DNA of 24,545 nucleotides from an uncultured Christensenella sp. (GCA_964367755.1 CAYIZR010000001.1:1-24545); one strand, 5' to 3'; positions 11,701 to 18,707 are shown, counted from the stretch's first letter. Notes: generated by a model from the sequence alone, not told the origin. Numbers and translations are program-made.

Positions 11701-14700
11701 CGTCCACTGTATTAAATACAAGGTAAGAGTAATCAGCAAGCTGCGTTTCCCACCTTATGTTATACTCTTTCGCATAAGGAGTACCATTAACGGTATACCT
11801 ATATACATAGTAGTTAGGAATATTTAAGGTTGTATATACATCCTTAATTACAATTAACTCGCTAAGGGCTTTTGCCGCTACTATTTCGGCATCGGTTGCC
11901 ACCCATTGATAACCGCTATCACGATATATTCTTATATTGTTTATGCGGTTATTATCGTATATTAAAGATAGATAGTAGCTAGTGTCATAAGATGCGCTGG
12001 CTTTTCTTGACGCTTGTCTTATATCCAAATAAACTAAATTTTTGTAATCCGCCAAATATTCAAAGGTGCTTATGTTTTCATTTTGGTACAAATCAAGCTT
12101 CCTTATTTTTGGCAGATACTTCAACGATTCTATGGTAGATATTGGCGCTAACCGCAATGACAAGACTTCTAAATTGTCCAAATAGCTAAGATTTTCTATA
12201 TCCGCCACCTTGTTATTACTTAAGTCCAAAAATTTTAATTCATACAAATCTTTAAGCGCGGATATATCAGAAACATTGTTATTGGCAAAGTTGTAGCCTA
12301 TAGCGTTTGTAAAATACTCCAATCCTTTAATTGATGTTATCCCTAAATTGCTAAAATCGATATAACGGTATCCCACCGAATAAACTGTTTGCGCCGTCAA
12401 AGGTTTGGAAAGCTTTTCAATTGAACCTTCCATCCAAATTATGTTTGCCTCGTCATAATCGATATATCCGTCTAAATTGCTATCAAAATACTGTAACAGC
12501 ACGTTATATAACAAATAATCTTCAATTTCCGAAGGTATATTGTGATAAATGCCCTTAATTGCAAGCTTGATATTATAAACAATTCTTATGCCGTCTTTTG
12601 TATAATATTGCTTTTCTCCGCCGACGATATTATCCCACACATATGCAAATATCGTCGCCGTTGTTAGGTCTTTTGATGGCGCTTTTGCAGGCAAAATAGT
12701 TACTTTGGCATATCGATAATAAATCCCGCCATTATTTTTTTGCGTAGATATATCTATATATTGATCATTATAAAAAACATAACTTCCTTCAAGGCTAGCG
12801 ATATATTCACCATTAGTAAAAGCATAAGTTGTATCAAAATAAACATACTCATCCTCAATAAATACAAAATTGCCACTTCCCGATGCTAAATAAACATCAT
12901 TTTGAATATATAGATAGGATTTATGCTCCTCACTTACTTGATAATCAATTTTTGCTCCGTGCTGAGTAAAAGCATTGACAAAAAACTCGTACCCTTGCTT
13001 GTTTATATAATCATTTAGGTCAAAGCTTTGTTGCAAAAACCTAGTTGGGTCAGATAACTCGGTAGCCGAAGTGTAACCAACAACAGTAACGTTTTTGTTA
13101 ACAATTTGGGTAACGTATTGTTCCACTCCGTTTTTGTAAACAAAACTTATGGCAAGAGGTATATTAACCGCCTTATCTCCATTGGGCTTTCTTAATACTT
13201 TTAAGCCTTCCATATTAGAAAAATTTATTATTTCCAAATAAGGCAAACCAACATTATTTAGATTTTGACTGGGGTTGGTAAGTTCAATCTCTATAGAAAC
13301 AAGCTCTGCCTTTTGCCATAAAATAGAGTCTACGTAGCTAGTAAAAATATTTATCTCTGAGCCAATTTCGTCCATTATTATTTGATGATAGTTATATATT
13401 TTATCAGTTCTTTCCTTGGCGCTAAGCATTTTTACCGTTACGGTTTTTTGTCCGCGGACTTGCTCACCTAAAGTATCTACTATTACTCCTATATCCACTT
13501 CGGCATCCGCCCAAGAGTTTATACTTTCTATGCCACTTTCAAGATAAATGCCATATGGAGAAATCAAGGTGTTTGATGTTACGTATGTAATGGTAGAACT
13601 TGTAGCTTGGTCATAACCGTCAAAAAATACTGTTCCCCCAATTTCATCAGGAATCTTGCTCAAATAATATTCAACAATAGCTTCTTTAGAAACCCCTCTT
13701 ACTTTTAAGTTACCTTGCAAAATTGCCGAATCAAAAGCGGCAGTATGCAAAGCAAAATTTATTAAATTTAGCTTAGTTATTGCTATGTCATAACTTTCGG
13801 ATACTATATAGCTTGTTGCGCTGGAATTTTCCTTTTGCACAACCGACGTATCTTCACTACTTCCGTCCATTGGAGGAATTATTGAGTAAATTTTGTCCTC
13901 GCCAAAGCTTGCGCTAAAATAATACTTTAGGTTGGTAGTAAAATCTATTTTTTGCCCTTTTATCAAAATATTTTTTGCGTAAAAATTAAGTTGCTGTTGC
14001 ATCTCATTAGCTACCGCAGAAAAATCAACGTTATTTGCCTCAATACGCGAATATATTGAGGAAAGATTGTCACCAACAATTAGATATCCCATTCCTTGAG
14101 AAGAAAAATTATATATAATTTTTCCCTCTCCCAAAATACCGCCTGAATCAGGGCTGGAGTTGGATATAATAACTGGACTTTGTCCTGCGCTAACTACAAT
14201 ATTATTATCCTTTAGGTCAAGGGCGTTTCCCGACAAATCAATATTAACGGGATGTTGAAAAATAACGTTTCCTTCATAATCAGCAGGGAATTCTATATCC
14301 TTAGTAATTACCAAAGTTTTTCCTACAACAGCGCTACTTTGCTCTGCGGCATATTCCAAATTTTGGAAAGAGGAAACAAAATACAAATCGGTTTCTCCCT
14401 TATAAATACTAGATGTAGCGACTATTCTTATATTAAAGCTCTTATTTTCGAAATAATTACTTGCTGACGGAGAATAAACGAATTTATAGTGGTGGTTTGT
14501 TTCGGTATTTATGGGCAAAAGCCCTTCAAAATAGTCAAAGGTGTCCAGCATATCTACAAAAACGTATCTGCCGTTTGTATAACTATATACTTCTATTGCT
14601 TTGGCAAGTTCGTTATCTTCCCCCACAAACTGAAAGTCCAACAAAAATTTTGCTATAGAACCACGCGTGGAATTGGCTCTTACCATAACTTCAAAATCTA

Positions 14701-14920
14701 GTTCCACTTCTTTTCCGCGGGAAATCAAATCAAGATCATAGTTGGTTACTTCTTCCACCGTCTTTCCGTTTAGATAAAAAACAACACTAGTCGCCGAAAT
14801 ATTTTGTTGCCAACCACTATATGATTTTTTGTAAAAAGCAATGGCAAAGGTGCACGCAATAAGAGCGCACAACATCAAAATTATTATACTAGCCACTATA
14901 CTTTTTTTTCTCATATCCAT
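5747..14920 (-). CDS. Giant (~3057 aa) secreted multi-module leucine-rich-repeat adhesin-like protein with N-terminal TasA/CalY-like domain
   Basis: Uninterrupted 9.2-kb ORF. Signal peptide MRKKS + hydrophobic stretch + ACTFAIAFY. Clear internalin-like LRRs (LKFLDLSNNKVADIENLSYLDNLEVLSL) occur in six clusters, and there is a canonical EF-hand loop. I moved the start to ATG 14920 (14914 is an alternative) because the ORF-track TTG at 14929 lies inside the riboswitch terminator U-tract. Confidence 0.85.
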   Translation of the reverse strand: MDMRKKSIVASIIILMLCALIACTFAIAFYKKSYSGWQQNISATSVVFYLNGKTVEEVTNYDLDLISRGKEVELDFEVMVRANSTRGSIAKFLLDFQFVGEDNELAKAIEVYSYTNGRYVFVDMLDTFDYFEGLLPINTETNHHYKFVYSPSASNYFENKSFNIRIVATSSIYKGETDLYFVSSFQNLEYAAEQSSAVVGKTLVITKDIEFPADYEGNVIFQHPVNIDLSGNALDLKDNNIVVSAGQSPVIISNSSPDSGGILGEGKIIYNFSSQGMGYLIVGDNLSSIYSRIEANNVDFSAVANEMQQQLNFYAKNILIKGQKIDFTTNLKYYFSASFGEDKIYSIIPPMDGSSEDTSVVQKENSSATSYIVSESYDIAITKLNLINFALHTAAFDSAILQGNLKVRGVSKEAIVEYYLSKIPDEIGGTVFFDGYDQATSSTITYVTSNTLISPYGIYLESGIESINSWADAEVDIGVIVDTLGEQVRGQKTVTVKMLSAKERTDKIYNYHQIIMDEIGSEINIFTSYVDSILWQKAELVSIEIELTNPSQNLNNVGLPYLEIINFSNMEGLKVLRKPNGDKAVNIPLAISFVYKNGVEQYVTQIVNKNVTVVGYTSATELSDPTRFLQQSFDLNDYINKQGYEFFVNAFTQHGAKIDYQVSEEHKSYLYIQNDVYLASGSGNFVFIEDEYVYFDTTYAFTNGEYIASLEGSYVFYNDQYIDISTQKNNGGIYYRYAKVTILPAKAPSKDLTTATIFAYVWDNIVGGEKQYYTKDGIRIVYNIKLAIKGIYHNIPSEIEDYLLYNVLLQYFDSNLDGYIDYDEANIIWMEGSIEKLSKPLTAQTVYSVGYRYIDFSNLGITSIKGLEYFTNAIGYNFANNNVSDISALKDLYELKFLDLSNNKVADIENLSYLDNLEVLSLRLAPISTIESLKYLPKIRKLDLYQNENISTFEYLADYKNLVYLDIRQASRKASASYDTSYYLSLIYDNNRINNIRIYRDSGYQWVATDAEIVAAKALSELIVIKDVYTTLNIPNYYVYRYTVNGTPYAKEYNIRWETQLADYSYLVFNTVDGKTVGYDVVSPIVDRIMPITVSVTEVGSSLAVAVTRKFSINLLQSQQQSDVVYIETAPGQFQIAKDLVKDTTLLNFLISISNTDNSGYVLARDAEGNLLGGYTTYLESKTISHEELNTPDINDHSDALCNANIKSLEGLSYFKNVIHFALDLRGNTLGNADISELRYLENVQIIKLNGQAYDFSQISEFREEGQVPIVQGLTNLTSLYVYGCYNLNTDEVLSTLYQVYLANPSVSIYKDSDTLVWDPYIVPIKKFTQSLPSSYAFIDLNKEVSYYESGSSYLVNFYQVKDVVFTIDTLSSTFIGSNSSVFNHTANGVKYTRLLGYNDVVYDKIILWGNDNRSDIFAEHYIELVIDFNNKIKVIDYPLSQGLVTLNTIFPGRDLRNSVMTRLTTLFGSASSETSIENIASGYYFSEGYYYITMATIMALSITGTLTIDGTYFDFDGSSAIQGLQYTSVSSLKISRDCNLGDGEYLTNLTQLIISYSGVDFSQIKTDLSNLTSLRLGLSSGSAGGGTENNRYAIFYQKEEGLTYYNLAHFTNLKEFVVVDTNVYDWQGLYGLENIDIEKFYIYGTSNSFTNKNNNYYTTEQFVRGIYQNSGAINKDFRIGRTDDATDYLYQYTGTGWADAVSGVTSLDYDVVKEYKEFAAGIKSLNVKLNGVKHEYTENQSLQNAQVLYLPSTTYSSYFGASYQNIEAEERKFVIKWKVLGIDTALLNSVFNVTPVSSGYMSESYFTNVPYCNLPSMTNYVDRQITVNALSYDTYFIFQGSIGEGYLDNNGNYVSFEGLTNIYTFAYPILILGTDQTAYQATINYRVGSDIIDSVATVPSQYFYNVIEGGVTTSYLSYAAFEDPNLRVQMFMLFAIQNHNTNGTYARLGTIFYNAVSGGTTVLAGGYRIYRIIFTTTTVKAWWHNASGDTPIASDRALSFSVIGGNYTILYLSSLKGLELLKNMNNFEIRNNSVADISSLEGLVGWENRRIRLTSSTIASTTNTCGIMTLNLSENLVNDISVLQNMSKLVLINFTRNLLQTTIFNGVSVFANSVKTITNITLLGNYQISAADLSSLRAAIEISGEAALTILSVDYTRCVSDKDTLIEAGIIANYTSGSLSLNVNGATTVVTQSDVNAFFADIAADTDPSGVGMADYTSTGFQLGKNFSLNRSINGNSYTLKLQNSSSLINSDGTPLASMYYKIAQTTTDLLIKKVGTAYAANYQINLIDISGSNPTVLPFYLDGEERTQSDFDPALWAYIMRRVTNRGTYYTYSSPGLLSITSEIGMRSLKGMELFVNTNNIKIENQAYLTDLFSGPFTSLNVLYVGKTSIREQGLSALRYAQNLSTLNLNENEGINFLGQISYFDGVSTVNTTLAELILSELSYLQYLYIDNQLNFDVYGGSTGYQNLLRHLNGDNYLFNLTPQEVGSFARKLNSFESLDIAKIGLNNLNRKKWYRDYNLVAAYEKYITDANIKNYSSFESNSVASFINISSLNSYVKSLALMATVMGREILPDKLYQYGIEESGVEIYLPKYFYFAGQKYQFIWGLLEGNGDYLSEEENGYILSIDRYNYLEFGGELDTLISLSYSVVNVITSETLIQSSFDTKKDIEIVLSEISYAQSNENIAPYYLEVSDGEGGTYLIDASNVFDSGRFLYWIFNNKSEALSTVTLGNYSALNMTENDVGKYYIDLNKRANVTSMDISNEGIASLTGIEIFTSINYLAINTGAIVSLEPIRQLSLTTFRYFSRRSASNFKVSDFSPLYNSKDSLTTFEYVSDGVSNIEDMSFLLGFGQQLTTIKIGGGTIDDYNKTMSFRYVVNYFATNNPTAVITYNNITQIRGDSQENKATNILSKIDSSTSDFSYIDNYTLYINQAVQAIDGKKTAKLMTYINMGGDYYPIIWQTLSSHVSVGELTYFGESFVSPIDSIVIAENTVISDSYYALLIASQEFLDILIEGRGRFERTLSLSTIEKKLQGELLCARIKSGEYYFERILTIKD

Positions 14921-14923
14921 AAT

Positions 14924-14968
14924 AAACAAAAAGCCACAATGATGCTAATACTAAGCTTTCATTATGGC
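14924..14968 (-). terminator. Riboswitch expression-platform intrinsic terminator
   Basis: GCCATAATGA (14968-14959) pairs with TCATTGTGGC (14942-14933), 10 bp with one G-U, followed by TTTTTGTTT. The 5' arm overlaps the 3' end of the aptamer. Confidence 0.85.
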
Positions 14969-15038
14969 AACTGGCTGTCCTTATCGGACCCTTTAGTTTT
15001 GCGTCCCTATCTTGCGATAGGTTTGCTTTTTACATATC
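14963..15038 (-). ncRNA. c-di-GMP-I (GEMM-I) family riboswitch aptamer, A20 variant
   Basis: Minus strand reads TATG-TAAAAA-GCAAA-CCTATC-GCAA-GATAGG-GACGC-AAAACT-AAAGG-GTCC-GATAA-GGAC-AGCC-AGTT-GC-CATA. This matches the GEMM hallmarks GCAAACC...GNRA...GGGACGCAAA and ...AGCC...TTGCC. P1, P2 and P3 can all pair. It lies next to GGDEF/EAL genes. Confidence 0.92.
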
Positions 15039-15051
15039 TTTTTATGTTATT

Positions 15052-15080
15052 ATTATAACATAATGCAAATAACGTGTCAA
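15052..15080 (-). promoter_or_regulatory. Consensus sigma-A/sigma-70 promoter driving the riboswitch-adhesin transcript
   Basis: TTGACA (15080-15075), 17-nt spacer, TATAAT (15057-15052), with an extended -10 TG. The predicted transcription start near 15045 is just upstream of the aptamer P1. Confidence 0.88.
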
Positions 15081-15120
15081 ACAATTATATGTTTTTTTGC
15101 TAAAATGCGGTATTTTATAC

Positions 15121-16545
15121 CTATTTTAAGTCTTCCACCCAAGGAGTAAATACCACATCTCCAATAAAGTCCTTAGCATCCTTTGGCTTATCAAAAGCAT
15201 AGCCTTGCATATAGTTAATACCGTGCTTTCTTAGCATATTAAGCTCATCTTTATTTTCCACTCCCGTGGCAATTATTAGCAAAGATTTTTCGGTAGCATA
15301 CTGCACTAACATTTCTACAATATTATTTATCATAGAAGAACTCCCTAATCGCGCCCAAAACTCCTTATCTATTTTTATACTGCTAATAGGTAGGTTTTCT
15401 AGCGCTGTTGGAGAGGTAAATTTCGTACCGAACCCGTCTAAACATATTTTGAAGCCAAAGGTATGCAATGCATCCAGATTCTTTTTTACAATGTCTGTAG
15501 TATTATAAAGCTTCATATCAGATATTTCTATTACAAAATTATTTGCGGTAGTCTTATGTTTTTTTACTATGTTTTTCATTTGTTCAGCCAATTCGGGATT
15601 CAATAACTGACGCTCAGAAAGGTTGAAAGACAAATCAAATTTTTGCTCATAGTTTGCCTGCCACAATACAAACTGAGAAACCACTCTTTCAAAACACCAA
15701 AATCCAACCCAGTTTATATCTCCTGTTTGTTCCATAACATACAAAAACTGAGAGGGTGGAAGTATGCCTTTAGTTCTATGTACCCAGCGCATCAATGTTT
15801 CTGCGCTCGATACTTCCAAACTGTTTGTTTCTACAATCGGTTGATAAAAAAGTGTAAATTCTTTGGCTTTAATAGCTTCCCTTATTTCCTGATAATACTT
15901 ATATTCTTCAGTTTCGGCGTTGCCTAGTTGCGGAGAATAAAGAGCAAAGCGATTTTCTCCCTTTCTTCGGGATACAATCATAGATATTTCCATATTCTTA
16001 TTTAACTCTTCAAAATTACTTCCCGCCCCGGGGCACATACCCGCTGCCACATTTATTTCGATATTGACCGTCAAGTTTTCACTTAAATTATATTCTTTTG
16101 CCAGTGAAGAAATAATTAGCTTGCAAATATTTTCCAAATCATTTTGATCGTAAGCTTTGGTCATAACAAGTATACAATCAGGCCTTTTCATTCCTATTTT
16201 TACTCCGTAGGGTTGAAGTTTGCTAAGAATACTACATTGCTCTTTAACTATGGAAGCAAACTGCTCTACCCCAATAGTCTTTTTCAATTCATCAAAAAAT
16301 CTTATGTCTATTTGGAAAAAATAAAATTTTGACCGTTGCCCGGCGGCCGCAAGTGTTCTGTCAATCGACCTCTTAAAATCCTCCAAATTCATAACTCCTT
16401 TGTCGCTAATACTTGAAGAGAACTGTTTGCGCTCTTTCCTTATTCTCAAAAACATAAAAACACATATGAGCAATATAGCCAATATCATTAACACGGTAAA
16501 CAAAATATACGTACTTGTATCGAATGCCGACAATAAATATTTCAT
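15121..16545 (-). CDS. Membrane-anchored degenerate GGDEF-EAL protein (probable catalytically inactive c-di-GMP receptor), 474 aa
   Basis: One N-terminal transmembrane (TM) helix. The GGDEF position reads RPDCI. The EAL domain has YQPIV, AETLMRW, SFNLS, IKIDK and MQGY, but DDFG is DGFG, EITE is EISD and AEGVE is ATGVE. Confidence 0.85.
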   Translation of the reverse strand: MKYLLSAFDTSTYILFTVLMILAILLICVFMFLRIRKERKQFSSSISDKGVMNLEDFKRSIDRTLAAAGQRSKFYFFQIDIRFFDELKKTIGVEQFASIVKEQCSILSKLQPYGVKIGMKRPDCILVMTKAYDQNDLENICKLIISSLAKEYNLSENLTVNIEINVAAGMCPGAGSNFEELNKNMEISMIVSRRKGENRFALYSPQLGNAETEEYKYYQEIREAIKAKEFTLFYQPIVETNSLEVSSAETLMRWVHRTKGILPPSQFLYVMEQTGDINWVGFWCFERVVSQFVLWQANYEQKFDLSFNLSERQLLNPELAEQMKNIVKKHKTTANNFVIEISDMKLYNTTDIVKKNLDALHTFGFKICLDGFGTKFTSPTALENLPISSIKIDKEFWARLGSSSMINNIVEMLVQYATEKSLLIIATGVENKDELNMLRKHGINYMQGYAFDKPKDAKDFIGDVVFTPWVEDLK

Positions 16546-18707
16546 TAAGAATTTTTCTCCTTTATAAATGCATAAGCCTTCTCTCTAGACATTGCCTTAC
16601 CTATGTAATATCCTTGAATTACCGAGCAGCCCATTTCCTTTAATATCTGTACTTGAGCCTCGGTTTCCACACCCTCGGCAATGGTATTTAGTCCCAAATC
16701 ATTAGCCAAATTAACTATATTTTTTACAATTAAATTATCCATATCACTAACGCCTAGACCATCAACAAACGCTTTATCTATTTTTAATGTAGAAATAGGC
16801 ATTTTTTTAAGATAGTAAATGGAAGAATATGCTATACCAAAATCATCTACCTGAGCGTTTATACCATTGTTTTTCAAAACGTTAAGTTTTTTGGTTACAT
16901 CGCCTATAGACCCAATAAAAGTATTCTCCACAATCTCTATGTCAATAGAATTACTAACAAGTCCGCGCATTTTATACGCTGACAAAAAGGCTTCTACAAA
17001 ACCAGTCTGCATTAGTTGAATGGGGGAAACGTTAATTGACACACGAACTTGCTCATTTTTTAATAGTTTGGCAAAGTCCATAGCCTTTTCATAAATAAAT
17101 CTGCCCATCTCCACAATCTGCCCGGTCTCTTCAGCTGCTTCTACAAAATCTGCAACGGTAATTTCTTTTGCCCTTTCTCCATTTATACGGCATAAAGCTT
17201 CCATTCCTACTACCTTATTTGTTACAATGTCATATTGTGGTTGGAACCAAACGTCTATGCCACCGTTGCTTATTAGTTCCATAACACCCTCTTTTGTTGC
17301 TAAATCCCTCTTTGCATTGTCAAAGTTTGCCGCTCTCAACACATAATAGGTCAATCTTTCACTAGAAGATGCATTTTTTATAGCTTTCTTACCGGCAAAT
17401 ATTACTGAGTCAAGCTCGGTTTCTTCCTCTGTGCTGTCCAGTGGAATAATGCCTATTCTAGTGTCTAACTTGACAATTTGGTTGTCTATTCTTAGCGGTA
17501 AATTAACTTTTTCGCTAATTTCATTTATTTTTTTGAGGAAAATTTGCTTTTTTTCGCCATCGGTAATAAAAAGAGCCCAACCTCCACTGTCTATTGAATA
17601 CATAAAACCATACTCACTCATCAAACTCTTGAGATTTTGGGCATACACCATAGAAAAAGAACGCATATTGCCGCTTCCAAATAATATGCTGTAAAAATCT
17701 TTGTTGAGTATCTGAAAGAAAACCATAAGTCCTTGAGAGTATTTTTTTTCTTTAACAAAGTTTTTCCACTCCAATATTAGCTTTTTTTCATTCCAAACAC
17801 CTTCGGGTGAAGTAAGTCCGCTTATTTTTAGATTTTCGTATTCGTTTATAAAAGCCGACATATCCGAGCATATTAGTTTGTATCCTCCAATAGTAGAGGT
17901 TGCCGCGCACATCATTTTTACTTGGCTGCCTTGTCTATCCACTAAATCAAAAATCATATTTTTGCCCGAAGTAAGTTCTACTTCAAAACTGCTTTTTGAG
18001 CCTGATAAATAAGGAGATAAGTTATCTATGTCAAACTTTTTCTTAAACTCTTGTTCAGTTGACAAAATCTTTCCCCTGTTATTTATTTTCAGGATATAAT
18101 TGTTAACAGGTTTTACAAAAACTAAAGTGTCATAGCGGTGTTTGTAAGTAGCAATAATAAATATTGACCCTGCCGCCGCCCCGAAAAATAAACACAAAAC
18201 CTCAAAAACATTGTACAAAATATTTTGATAAATAACATCGCTATAAACTGCGTAAGGCATAACACCCATTATTCGAGCATGGGAAAACCCATCATATGGC
18301 GGCAATACAAGCACCACCTTATTTCCGTTATTCTGATATATGTAAGAATCGCCCTCTTCCTTAAAAAAAATATCCGACACCATACCTGATTCCTCTATAA
18401 AAGAACCGTCAAATTCTTCGGAAGTAGCATAAATAACAGCGCCATCTTTTGTAAGCAATACTATATCGCTAAATCCGTATGTGTGAGTTTTGGATAAGGC
18501 TTTTTCATAATTTTCCGAATTCTTTTCTTGATTTGTCATGAGTTTTGCTATGTCGGAATTAACGCTACTTAACTCTCGGAAAAAAACGCCGTTATATTTT
18601 ATTTTTATTTCGTTATAGTTAATTACTCCAAACAATACGCCAATACCTGCCATAACCGCAAGAGTTAGTAAAACTGCAAAGGAAATTTTTAGAATAAACT
18701 TTCTCAT
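16545..18707 (-). CDS. Membrane c-di-GMP phosphodiesterase (2 TM, extracellular sensor, PAS-like region, degenerate GGDEF, intact EAL), 720 aa
   Basis: All EAL signature motifs are present: FQPQY, MEALCR, SINVS, IEIVE, VDDFGIAYSS, LKIDK, AEGVET, IQGY. The GGDEF position is degenerate (DSGGW). Two hydrophobic helices flank a ~130-aa loop. ATGA and TAATG overlaps with its neighbours. Confidence 0.88.
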   Translation of the reverse strand: MRKFILKISFAVLLTLAVMAGIGVLFGVINYNEIKIKYNGVFFRELSSVNSDIAKLMTNQEKNSENYEKALSKTHTYGFSDIVLLTKDGAVIYATSEEFDGSFIEESGMVSDIFFKEEGDSYIYQNNGNKVVLVLPPYDGFSHARIMGVMPYAVYSDVIYQNILYNVFEVLCLFFGAAAGSIFIIATYKHRYDTLVFVKPVNNYILKINNRGKILSTEQEFKKKFDIDNLSPYLSGSKSSFEVELTSGKNMIFDLVDRQGSQVKMMCAATSTIGGYKLICSDMSAFINEYENLKISGLTSPEGVWNEKKLILEWKNFVKEKKYSQGLMVFFQILNKDFYSILFGSGNMRSFSMVYAQNLKSLMSEYGFMYSIDSGGWALFITDGEKKQIFLKKINEISEKVNLPLRIDNQIVKLDTRIGIIPLDSTEEETELDSVIFAGKKAIKNASSSERLTYYVLRAANFDNAKRDLATKEGVMELISNGGIDVWFQPQYDIVTNKVVGMEALCRINGERAKEITVADFVEAAEETGQIVEMGRFIYEKAMDFAKLLKNEQVRVSINVSPIQLMQTGFVEAFLSAYKMRGLVSNSIDIEIVENTFIGSIGDVTKKLNVLKNNGINAQVDDFGIAYSSIYYLKKMPISTLKIDKAFVDGLGVSDMDNLIVKNIVNLANDLGLNTIAEGVETEAQVQILKEMGCSVIQGYYIGKAMSREKAYAFIKEKNS

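Noticed and set aside
5733..14909. A8 tracts just after the start codons of both LRR genes (5733-5740 and 14902-14909) as phase-variation sites
   Set aside because: They encode the Lys-rich signal-peptide n-region, such runs are common in this AT-rich DNA, and both frames are intact.
14921..14929. TTG start at 14929 for the giant protein
   Set aside because: It falls in the terminator U-tract with no RBS. ATG 14920 or 14914 gives a normal signal-peptide n-region.
15101..15118. TAAAAT/ATTTTA hairpin as terminator of the upstream operon
   Set aside because: The stem is short and AT-only, with no U-tract on the coding strand, so it is too weak to call. Read-through into the riboswitch remains possible.
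15121..18707. Diguanylate cyclase activity
   Set aside because: Neither protein has a GG(D/E)EF motif.
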